A stretch of 64,000 bases of DNA from an uncultured virus (IMG/VR IMGVR_UViG_3300027896_000016) (lineage: Duplodnaviria; Heunggongvirae; Uroviricota; Caudoviricetes): the IMG/VR virus record IMGVR_UViG_3300027896_000016, one strand, 5' to 3'. The first letter of the stretch is position 1. Each line of letters starts with the position of its first letter. The notes below the pieces were generated by a model. The model made no database searches. It was given only the letters and a program-made list of their open reading frames with translations, and was not told the DNA's origin. Shown here piece after piece: positions 29,256 through 37,805 of the stretch. Made by a program: the position numbers and the translations under genes.

Positions 29256-29264
29256 GTTTAATCC

Positions 29265-29999
29265 CTAAATTTTGTATTCTACTTTCATATTCTTAAAAGT
29301 AACGTTCAAAGCAGTCGCACTTCCAGCACGAAAAGCACCAATAACAACTTGCCAATTTGTTGCAAGACCACCAAATGAAAAAATATTAATAGATGTTCTA
29401 TAAAGCATTGTATAACCTGTTACTGGCAACATATTACCTACTGCGGGCCATCCTGCCGCCCATGTTCCCGCAAGACTAATCGCTTTTCCCGATTCAACAC
29501 CAAATGGACATTCTAAGGTAAGAACGTTAGTTGTTCCATAACCGGTAACTGAAATATCTCCTTGAGATACGTTATTTAAAAAACCCTGATCGTAATGTGA
29601 TATTCCACCAGCAGCGGCATAATATAATAATCTATGCTCATAACATAAATTAAATGCTCCATTATTAATAGTAAGCATAGCGCCGTCATAATCTGCACTT
29701 AAATTACTAGTAAAATAAACCCAAACCCGCAACGGAGTATCCATAGCAAAACTAGGATATGCTGTTAATAAATTTAAATTAAGTCCAGGTAATGTTGCAG
29801 ATCCGGGTAGATAATCTGTAGCCGCAACAGGAATTATCACAATACCGGAACCACTTGTAAGAGCCATCGCAGTAGCATCATTAGCTGAATTAAATTTTGT
29901 AAAAACATAGCCACCAATAGTATAATTACCATCAGGAGATAATGCTTGATCTCCTAATGCAGTAAAATCAAGATCAAATAATGTTTTCCATTCTGCCAT
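29265..29999 (-). CDS. beta-sandwich structural protein, triplet A member
   Basis: WKTLFDLDF; GTWAAGWP. Confidence 0.75.
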   Translation of the reverse strand: MAEWKTLFDLDFTALGDQALSPDGNYTIGGYVFTKFNSANDATAMALTSGSGIVIIPVAATDYLPGSATLPGLNLNLLTAYPSFAMDTPLRVWVYFTSNLSADYDGAMLTINNGAFNLCYEHRLLYYAAAGGISHYDQGFLNNVSQGDISVTGYGTTNVLTLECPFGVESGKAISLAGTWAAGWPAVGNMLPVTGYTMLYRTSINIFSFGGLATNWQVVIGAFRAGSATALNVTFKNMKVEYKI

Positions 30000-30008
30000 T
30001 TTTAAATC

Positions 30009-30797
30009 CTAAATTCTGTAATCAATACGCATATTCACAAAAGTACAAGAAAATCCTACTCCACCACATGCTCCAATAAGAATATTCCATCCAGACGCAA
30101 GACCAATATTAGAAGAATCACCAATTGAACCATCAAACATTTGGTGTGTCCCTATAGGTTGAAGTGTGTTTAACGCTGGCCATCCGGCAGACCAAGTACC
30201 TATGAATGAACATGCCCAACCTTGTGCAACACCCAATGAACATTCAATCATTAAAACATTATTCGCGCCATATCCAGAAGCAGGACCAGAATCATAACTT
30301 AGTGTGGTAAAATTATAAAGGCTTCTGAAATAATAATTAATATCACCAGGAGGAACTAAATAAAAACGTCTATTGTTAATAAACGCATCGCCAACAGTCC
30401 AATTTTCTATTGCAGCATATGCATAACTATAACCAATAGAAGTAAATGTTGAATTATAAAGCCATATTCTGATTGGTGTGTCTAATCCATAACCAGTAAT
30501 AATTTGCGCAAAATCAAGTGTCAACGCCGGAAGTGTTCTCGTTGCACCAACAAAATCACCGGCATTCGGTTGAATAACTAGACCGGAACCATTGACTATA
30601 GCGGCGGGAACTTGATCGTTAGCAGAATTTATTTTGTTAAACGTTAAACCGCCAATTGTATAAGCAATATCTGATCCTAATGTTTGATTTGACTGTGTGG
30701 ATAAATTAAAATCTAATATTGTTACCCATCCCTCAGATGGTGGTGGTGCAGAAGGATTCACAAACAACATCGATTTTGCTGCCGCATGGAAAAACAT
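30009..30797 (-). CDS. beta-sandwich structural protein, triplet A member
   Basis: WVTILDFNL; GTWSAGWP. Confidence 0.75.
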   Translation of the reverse strand: MFFHAAAKSMLFVNPSAPPPSEGWVTILDFNLSTQSNQTLGSDIAYTIGGLTFNKINSANDQVPAAIVNGSGLVIQPNAGDFVGATRTLPALTLDFAQIITGYGLDTPIRIWLYNSTFTSIGYSYAYAAIENWTVGDAFINNRRFYLVPPGDINYYFRSLYNFTTLSYDSGPASGYGANNVLMIECSLGVAQGWACSFIGTWSAGWPALNTLQPIGTHQMFDGSIGDSSNIGLASGWNILIGACGGVGFSCTFVNMRIDYRI

Positions 30798-31147
30798 TAT
30801 TTGCTATCCGCACTGGATCTAACAGCATGCCAAGTTGTTCCACCATCAACTGTCATCATCGTCAAAATATCTACACCAGTAACGGTCATTGTCGGGGCCG
30901 AACCACCCGGCCATTTTGGTACAGGACTCCAAGTAATATTCGTACTTGGATTGGTCAGAATAAAAACAGCAGTTGCGACAGTTCCAGAAGGCGGAACATT
31001 TATAAAACTCCAAGTACCGGCACCAGTCAAGGTGGCTGTAATAACATTTCCCAACGACAAATCTATAACTGTATTTGTATTTCTATTACCAAGCACTTGA
31101 ACTGTTTGTTGAAGTGCAGATGCAATACCGTATACAATGGCTACCAT
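30797..31147 (-). CDS. small fibre-associated beta domain protein
   Basis: IDLSLGN..TLTG...KWPGGSAPT..DIL..DGGTTW pattern typical of fibre adaptor domains. Confidence 0.7.
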   Translation of the reverse strand: MVAIVYGIASALQQTVQVLGNRNTNTVIDLSLGNVITATLTGAGTWSFINVPPSGTVATAVFILTNPSTNITWSPVPKWPGGSAPTMTVTGVDILTMMTVDGGTTWHAVRSSADSK

Positions 31148-31158
31148 TTTATTGCCCC

Positions 31159-34100
31159 TTAAACGTCAATTGTCCATGTACCAATTACACTACCAGCGTA
31201 CCACTCTGTAGCGTTAATTGCCACTAACTCTATATAGGCACCAATTTCTACGGATTTTATATATCCAGCCGCAGCGGAAACGTTAACACCGATCCTAATT
31301 GTATCTCCACCGGAAGCAGTAATAACTATTCCATCTACGTCTTGACATGCGAATTTAAATACTAGTCCCGCCACAGCAGTAGGAAGTGTATTGTATACAA
31401 GAGCACCGGGAGCACCTTCGTTAGTAATTACTTTTCTAGATTGCGGCGAAGTAAGAATATTGGGAGTACCGACACCGGCGGTAATTTGTTGAACAACATA
31501 GGAAGTCAATAAACCACCTATATTGCTAAAAGAGCTAATGATAGTTCCCGCCGAATTCTGAATTTCAAAAGCATTCGCAGTTTGAGCCGACTTCATTTGC
31601 AAGACTAGAGCTTTTTGTGTCGTTGCGCTTGCGCCAATTATAATATCTGCCAAAGAATCGGGAACAGTCGGCGTTGCGCCTAAACGCAAAACAGGATTAA
31701 TTGTAAATGTAACAGCAGCATCGGCAGTCAAACCTTCGATTGCATGTGCGGAAGCAACAGTAAATGTAGTAGTAGTCGGCGTTGCCGTGATTAAATACGC
31801 GCCATTATAAGTTGCATCGGTACAAAGAGCAACCGTGACTGTCTCACCAGTCAAAAACCCATGTGCAACATAAGTCGTAAAAGTTGCGGTCCCAGCCCCA
31901 TCACACTGACGCTTGTTATTTGCGTTCGCACCAATTGCAGTTGGGACATAGGCCGAAATTAGACCACCGGACTTTACTGCGCCGCCGTTGAGAATTTGAA
32001 ATGCGGTGACGTTGTTGTTGCGAGCCAGGAAGATCGCGTCCGTTGCCGTGAAATTGTCGCAAATCAGGGCGGCGGAAACAGTCGGAATGACAGTTTGTCC
32101 AAGCGTGAACCATCCACCAACCTGGACCGGCGATGTCCCCCCGTTTATTCCAACTCCCATCACTCCCACGTTGTGCCCAGAATTCTTGTCGGTGTTCACG
32201 AGCCCGTATACTCCGACGGTAAGTTCCAATCCTCCGTATGCGCATCCGATTATTCCCGCGCTTACATAATTCGAGTTTTGGCGTTTCATTCCAAGGATTG
32301 CGCAGCTTAGCGCGGGAGGGTTTGTTTGGGCCGGGAACAGCGTGTCTCCTGTTGCGGCATCGTTGTCACTGATTGCGTAGATGGAGGCATTGTATCCCGA
32401 TCCGTTGTACGATTGGGGATAAGTTACATACAGACCGTATTGCGATGCGGTGGATTTTGATACCATATAAACGCCGGTATCGTAAGCGGCACCAGCAAGA
32501 CTGTGACCGAAATAGAGCATGCTGTACGATGCCCCCGCCCCGCCGCCCGTGGGTACGTTCCATATTGCCCAGTCGCTGGTCTTGTCCGCGCCCGTATCCC
32601 ACACATGCCCGCCGAGCCGCAGGCGCGGAGAAACCTGCTGCGTTCCGACCGTCGCCACCGTGGTGTTGCAGAGGGCCACGCCATCGGCGGTCGCGGCGGC
32701 GAGCGCGTTCACGTCGCACTCGATGTTGCCGAAGAGCGAGACGGTGTTGGTGCAGGAGGTCATGACGCGGTTGGTGCCATCTCGTGACACGCCAACAAAT
32801 ATAGACCTTTCAGGTGACCAACAAATAGATGTCCAATGACTTGCTACCGCAAAAGTTCTAACGGTCCAATTTATCCCGTCCGGTGAAGTGGAAACCCTGT
32901 TCGCATCTGCGCCTGATAGTGAAACGAAAATGGACTTTTCTGGCGACCAACAAACGCAGTATCCTTGATTTGTACAAGTTCTTGCAGTCCAACTTATCCC
33001 ATCTGGAGAAGTCATGGCACTGTCTACATTGTCAAGAGACGTAGCAACAAAGATAGATTTCTCAGGTGACCAACAGACGGAATACCAGTTATTGCCTTCG
33101 TTTGACGAGACTCTACCAGTCCAGGTGATACCATCAGGACTAGTAATAACCCTATTAACCCCTGCACCGGAAACGGCAACAAAGACAGATTTCTCGGGTG
33201 ACCAACAAATGCTGTTCCATCCATTGTTCGGCGTTGTCCTGGATGTCCATGTTAAACCATCGGGAGAAGTCATGGCTCCGTTTACGGTCAAATCCGACGA
33301 TACAGCCACAAATAAGGATTTTCCAGAAGACCAGCAAACACTACTCCAGGCAACTGCATCGTTGGCAGAGTTATGCCCCGTCCATGTAACGCCATCTGGC
33401 GAAGACATTGTTCTGGAACCTGCTCCACTAGCAGCTACAGCAACAAAGATGGCTTTTTCAGGGGACCAACAAACGCTTACCCAAGCAAACGCCGATGAAG
33501 CCACGCGCGCAGTCCATGTGATACCATCGGGCGATGTCATGACTAGATTTCCGGCACCGCTTTGAGCAACCGCAACAAATATACCCAATTCCGGGGACCA
33601 ACAAACAGATCTCCAACCACTCGTTTCTACGGCGGACGTTCTAGTTGTCCATGTAGTTACTTCATACGTCCCCGTACTTGGCTTCTTCAGCGCCCCAAAC
33701 GTATTTCGTTGCAACGCCATATTTGACGTATTTATAACATTGTTATATGGCGAAGCAGAACTAACCCAAGGCCCAATACTAGTTTGGGCGACCGGCGTAA
33801 TTGTGCCAACAACAGTCGCATTGCCCGTTAAATTCGTGCAGCCAATGCGAAAAGTCGTTGCACTTGGACAATCATAAATAGAAAAAGTATTGTTAATCGG
33901 CAACGGTGAAATACTTGCCGGAACAGAAACCCAAGTCCAATCAGTGCCTACACCAAAATATTTGCCCAAAGTAACTACTTGACTAGGAAAAAATCCGTGC
34001 GCAGCCTGAGTGGTAATTGTTACATAAGTTCCGTCCGTAGTATGATCGGCCAAAACTGCGCTAGCTAACGGTACAGCCGGGGCAGTATTAGAAATACGCC

Positions 34101-34740
34101 CGCCGGCATAAATAGTATTCGTGCTAAGGGTTAAATTATTATTAACATATGTAAAATTAGTATTACCGGTAAGAGCCGCTGGACCAGACCAATAAGTAAC
34201 TTGGCCCAAAATACCAGATCCAGATATACCGCCAAGAGTACCGAAAGCACCACCGTTTTCGCTCAATAAAAGCTTATTAGTGCCCAAATCATAATACATT
34301 CTCGCCGTTCCGACAGCAGAAACCGGCGGTGCAGTTATATTTTGATAATCTATGCAACACTGAAGACTGACAGAACCGGGAGCACCGGCAGAACCGCCGC
34401 CAAAACCTGCACCGGGAATACCAGCAGCAAATGTTAAAGTTCCGGCATTGCCGCCATTCGTTACACCAGCACCAGCATTGCCGCCATCGCCTAATTGTAT
34501 AGTCTTATTTGCGGCATTAAAACCAGCACCCGCCGGATTATTTGCGCCGGATTCGTAACGTTCATAGAAATTATGTCCAGCACCGGCACTGGAAAAAGCC
34601 GCTGGTAGTGTAGTTTTCGCGGCAAATATTTTGACGCCGTTTTCTTGTATAATAAGAGTATCATTATAGTCAATACCGCCACTGGTAAAACCAATGACGG
34701 AAGTTACGGCAGTTTGCTGGCCGATTGTATTAATTGCCAT
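31159..34740 (-). CDS. large spike/receptor-binding protein with beta-propeller (Asp-box-like) repeats
   Basis: about 7 repeats of W.SVCWSPE..IFVAV...MTSPDG.TWT. Confidence 0.8.
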   Translation of the reverse strand: MAINTIGQQTAVTSVIGFTSGGIDYNDTLIIQENGVKIFAAKTTLPAAFSSAGAGHNFYERYESGANNPAGAGFNAANKTIQLGDGGNAGAGVTNGGNAGTLTFAAGIPGAGFGGGSAGAPGSVSLQCCIDYQNITAPPVSAVGTARMYYDLGTNKLLLSENGGAFGTLGGISGSGILGQVTYWSGPAALTGNTNFTYVNNNLTLSTNTIYAGGRISNTAPAVPLASAVLADHTTDGTYVTITTQAAHGFFPSQVVTLGKYFGVGTDWTWVSVPASISPLPINNTFSIYDCPSATTFRIGCTNLTGNATVVGTITPVAQTSIGPWVSSASPYNNVINTSNMALQRNTFGALKKPSTGTYEVTTWTTRTSAVETSGWRSVCWSPELGIFVAVAQSGAGNLVMTSPDGITWTARVASSAFAWVSVCWSPEKAIFVAVAASGAGSRTMSSPDGVTWTGHNSANDAVAWSSVCWSSGKSLFVAVSSDLTVNGAMTSPDGLTWTSRTTPNNGWNSICWSPEKSVFVAVSGAGVNRVITSPDGITWTGRVSSNEGNNWYSVCWSPEKSIFVATSLDNVDSAMTSPDGISWTARTCTNQGYCVCWSPEKSIFVSLSGADANRVSTSPDGINWTVRTFAVASHWTSICWSPERSIFVGVSRDGTNRVMTSCTNTVSLFGNIECDVNALAAATADGVALCNTTVATVGTQQVSPRLRLGGHVWDTGADKTSDWAIWNVPTGGGAGASYSMLYFGHSLAGAAYDTGVYMVSKSTASQYGLYVTYPQSYNGSGYNASIYAISDNDAATGDTLFPAQTNPPALSCAILGMKRQNSNYVSAGIIGCAYGGLELTVGVYGLVNTDKNSGHNVGVMGVGINGGTSPVQVGGWFTLGQTVIPTVSAALICDNFTATDAIFLARNNNVTAFQILNGGAVKSGGLISAYVPTAIGANANNKRQCDGAGTATFTTYVAHGFLTGETVTVALCTDATYNGAYLITATPTTTTFTVASAHAIEGLTADAAVTFTINPVLRLGATPTVPDSLADIIIGASATTQKALVLQMKSAQTANAFEIQNSAGTIISSFSNIGGLLTSYVVQQITAGVGTPNILTSPQSRKVITNEGAPGALVYNTLPTAVAGLVFKFACQDVDGIVITASGGDTIRIGVNVSAAAGYIKSVEIGAYIELVAINATEWYAGSVIGTWTIDV

Positions 34741-34762
34741 TTTTTAAGCCCCGATTGCTTGT

Positions 34763-35161
34763 TTATGGTTTTTCTTTGGCTTTTTCTTCTTTGGCCGCTA
34801 TCACTTCTTGACTAATAGCCTTATCTGCATCGGACATTATATCGTCTAGTTCACTCATAGCACTGATAAAATTAGCGTCAATGCCCAATTTAAACCACTC
34901 TTCAATATATTCCTGAATTAATTCAATTTCCGCTCGTTCAAGATCAATCTCGCATTTAACAACTTTATTATCTACTGTTATTTCCTTAAATTTCTTTTCA
35001 ATGCGGCGATGCAATTTTCCTTTTGCTTTGCCTTTGACCATTCTTTGACTTTGGGCCTGACCATTGGGCAAAATTAAATTATTGCCACTGTCCTTCGGTG
35101 CAGACCTTATAGCAACAAATAAACACGCAACGGCCACTTCTTCGGACATTTGAATAATCAT
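34763..35161 (-). CDS. hypothetical protein, possibly a fibre chaperone
   Basis: RBS AGGAGAGG; charged and helical. Confidence 0.65.
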   Translation of the reverse strand: MIIQMSEEVAVACLFVAIRSAPKDSGNNLILPNGQAQSQRMVKGKAKGKLHRRIEKKFKEITVDNKVVKCEIDLERAEIELIQEYIEEWFKLGIDANFISAMSELDDIMSDADKAISQEVIAAKEEKAKEKP

Positions 35162-35189
35162 TTCCTTGCCTCTCCTATTTTAAGGCTTT

Positions 35190-35528
35190 TTAAGTCCCTT
35201 CGGGGACTTTAGTTTCTTTTTTCGGCGCTGCAAGAGCAGCCCTAACCGTATCTTCTACAGTGTTGCCCTCTATAACAGGCACTTGCAATAAAGCACCAGT
35301 TCGATCTTGCGCGGCGATTTCTTGATTTAATATATAACAAAAAATATCGTAGATTTTTTCTTCAATATCGGCATTGTCCAAGATAAATTCCCGGTTAAAT
35401 GGCCCGCCCTGAATAATAATTTTATTGCCCATTTGTTTAATATGACATTCTGTAATTGCAATAGTTTGAGCGGGAATTTCATAAGACGGGATGGTTTTTG
35501 TGGCCAAATCGGCTTTTACGATTCGCAT
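35190..35528 (-). CDS. hypothetical protein
   Basis: RBS AGGAG. Confidence 0.65.
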   Translation of the reverse strand: MRIVKADLATKTIPSYEIPAQTIAITECHIKQMGNKIIIQGGPFNREFILDNADIEEKIYDIFCYILNQEIAAQDRTGALLQVPVIEGNTVEDTVRAALAAPKKETKVPEGT

Positions 35529-35546
35529 TTTACGGCTCCTATTAAC

Positions 35547-36284
35547 CTATTTTAATTTTTCAATTTCTATAAAATCTACACTTGCAAAATGAGTAACATT
35601 TTCCCGTGTAACTATATAAAATACAAAATAATAATTATCTGCCGTTAATTTTTTAGTTATACCTGCATTAGAAATTTCAGTTATAATTGAAGTTGCTGAT
35701 TGTCCCCAATGAATAGTACCATCTGAATCAAGCCAAAGTTCAAGATAATCATCAACACCAGCACCGACAACACCGCCTACTGTTGATCCATATTCTGCAC
35801 CCGTAGAATCATCCATAGTCAATCGCCAATGGGAGTCTAAACTAGGATTAAATTCTATCCATGCATATTTATTCGCCGCATTATAAAACCCCATTCTAAA
35901 TTCAGTATTAATATTATCAGTAAGTACCTTAATACAAAATCGTGGAATTTTAACACGATTAACGCAAGCCAATACACTTCGAGTACCTTCTTTATTTGTA
36001 TTTAACGCACCAGTCGTTAAATTTGCTCTTGAAACATATGAAGGAAATGGCGGAACAATAGTATTCGTACCAAGACCTGATTTAAATTCAGCAGCAGCCA
36101 AATTATAAGTACTGGCATAAATCGATCGCGAATAAACATCAAAACAATCTTGAAATAGGATAGTTTTCATCCGAGTATAATTAGACAATTCATTACCAAG
36201 ACTAGCATAAACCTTTTGGCCAGTAGTCGGATCAATGACCAAAGATTTGCTATTAGCAGAATATATTGTTGGAATTTGGGCCAT
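35547..36284 (-). CDS. lectin/ConA-like beta-sandwich protein, triplet B member
   Basis: QIPTIYS..KSLVIDPT; FRMGFYNAA.KYAWIEF. Confidence 0.75.
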   Translation of the reverse strand: MAQIPTIYSANSKSLVIDPTTGQKVYASLGNELSNYTRMKTILFQDCFDVYSRSIYASTYNLAAAEFKSGLGTNTIVPPFPSYVSRANLTTGALNTNKEGTRSVLACVNRVKIPRFCIKVLTDNINTEFRMGFYNAANKYAWIEFNPSLDSHWRLTMDDSTGAEYGSTVGGVVGAGVDDYLELWLDSDGTIHWGQSATSIITEISNAGITKKLTADNYYFVFYIVTRENVTHFASVDFIEIEKLK

Positions 36285-36290
36285 TTTATT

Positions 36291-37028
36291 TTACCCCAAT
36301 TTGAGTTTTTCTGTTTCAAACATATCAACTTTCGCAATTCTAGCAGCAGCACCAGCTAAAGCTTCGACTCTAAACAGCGTATAATAATTATCAGCAGTTA
36401 CTTTTTTAGATATGCCAGTAGTAGCTAGTTCTGTTATAACCGAAGTAGCCGACTCCCCCCAATGAACAGTTCCATCTGACGCGAGCCAAAGTTCAAGATA
36501 ATAATCAGTTCCAAGAACAACAACATCACCTGTTACGGCACTATATTCAGCACCAGTACTATCATTCAAGGTCACACGCCAATGTGCGTCTAAACTACTA
36601 TCAAATTCTATCCATGCATATTTTGCCGCTGCATTATAAAACCCTAATCTAAAGTTTATTGTAGTTACATCGGGAAGATTAACCTTACACATAACTCTCG
36701 GAAGTTTAGATCTTAAAATAAATGCCTGATTACTTCTTGTTCCTTCTGCATTATTTATAAGTGCGCCAGTGGTCAAGGTCGCCATAGAAATATTGTCAGT
36801 AACATTATTAGTTCCACCACCAACATGAAATGCCGCTAAATTATAAGTACTAGCGTAAATAGATTGCGAAAAAGTATCAAAATCGTCCTGAAATAAATTA
36901 CTGATACGCCGATTGTAATTAGAAGTTAGATCCCCCAATCCAGAAAAAGTCTCTTGACCTACAGTCGGGTCAATAACAAGAGATTTTCCGGCACCAGAAT
37001 AGATAGTCGGAATTTGTGGCGCTACCAT
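36291..37028 (-). CDS. lectin/ConA-like beta-sandwich protein, triplet B member
   Basis: same motifs. Confidence 0.75.
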   Translation of the reverse strand: MVAPQIPTIYSGAGKSLVIDPTVGQETFSGLGDLTSNYNRRISNLFQDDFDTFSQSIYASTYNLAAFHVGGGTNNVTDNISMATLTTGALINNAEGTRSNQAFILRSKLPRVMCKVNLPDVTTINFRLGFYNAAAKYAWIEFDSSLDAHWRVTLNDSTGAEYSAVTGDVVVLGTDYYLELWLASDGTVHWGESATSVITELATTGISKKVTADNYYTLFRVEALAGAAARIAKVDMFETEKLKLG

Positions 37029-37042
37029 TTAATCACTCCAAA

Positions 37043-37783
37043 TTAAGATGTTTTGAGTTTTTCGTATTCGATCATGTCTACTTTTGCTACTTTTGCCGCA
37101 ACGGCCAAACTACTTTCCAAAAATTGAAAATAATAACTATCCCCCGTTAATTTTTTAGTTATTCCGGCAGTCACAATTTCAGGAATAATCGGATTAGAGG
37201 CTATTTCGCCCCAATGCATTGTTCCATCAGAAGCAGACCAAAGTTCAAGATAATAATCAGTGCCCGCACCAACAATATCACCAACTGTAGTACTATATTC
37301 GGCACCAGTATTATCATTAAGAGTAAAACGCCAATGCGTGTCTAAACTACTATCAAATTCAATCCACGCATATTTAGCAGCAGCATTATAAAAACCCAAT
37401 CTAAAAATTACATCAGCATTACTTACAAGATTAACCTTACACATAAGTCTAGGCAATTTTGATCTAATAAGAAATGCCTGAACACTTCTTGTTCCTTCAG
37501 TATCATTAACATGTGCATCGGTAGTTAATGTTACCATAGAAATATTGCCAGAAATATTGTTAGTGCCAGCAACACCAACATGAAGTGTTGCTATATCATA
37601 AGCACTTGCATAAATTGACTGCGAATAAGTATCAAAATCGTCATTAAAGAGAATAGTTTGAGAACGATTATAATTTGCCAATAGTTGACCTAATTGGGTA
37701 TAAGTTTGCTGACCCAAAGTAGGATCAATGACAAGACTCTTACCGGCAGCAGAATACAAAGTTGGTATTTGCGGTGCTACCAT
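37043..37783 (-). CDS. lectin/ConA-like beta-sandwich protein, triplet B member
   Basis: same motifs. Confidence 0.75.
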   Translation of the reverse strand: MVAPQIPTLYSAAGKSLVIDPTLGQQTYTQLGQLLANYNRSQTILFNDDFDTYSQSIYASAYDIATLHVGVAGTNNISGNISMVTLTTDAHVNDTEGTRSVQAFLIRSKLPRLMCKVNLVSNADVIFRLGFYNAAAKYAWIEFDSSLDTHWRFTLNDNTGAEYSTTVGDIVGAGTDYYLELWSASDGTMHWGEIASNPIIPEIVTAGITKKLTGDSYYFQFLESSLAVAAKVAKVDMIEYEKLKTS

Positions 37784-37805
37784 TTTTCACCCAATCTCGC
37801 TTTGT

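Noticed and set aside
31916..33565. numerous overlapping alternative-frame ORFs
   Set aside because: They are shadows of the GC-rich or repetitive spike gene and have no RBS support; the same applies to most plus-strand ORFs between 1 and 55 kb.
28482..37783. diversity-generating retroelement behind the paralogs
   Set aside because: No reverse transcriptase and no repeat pair differing only at adenines.
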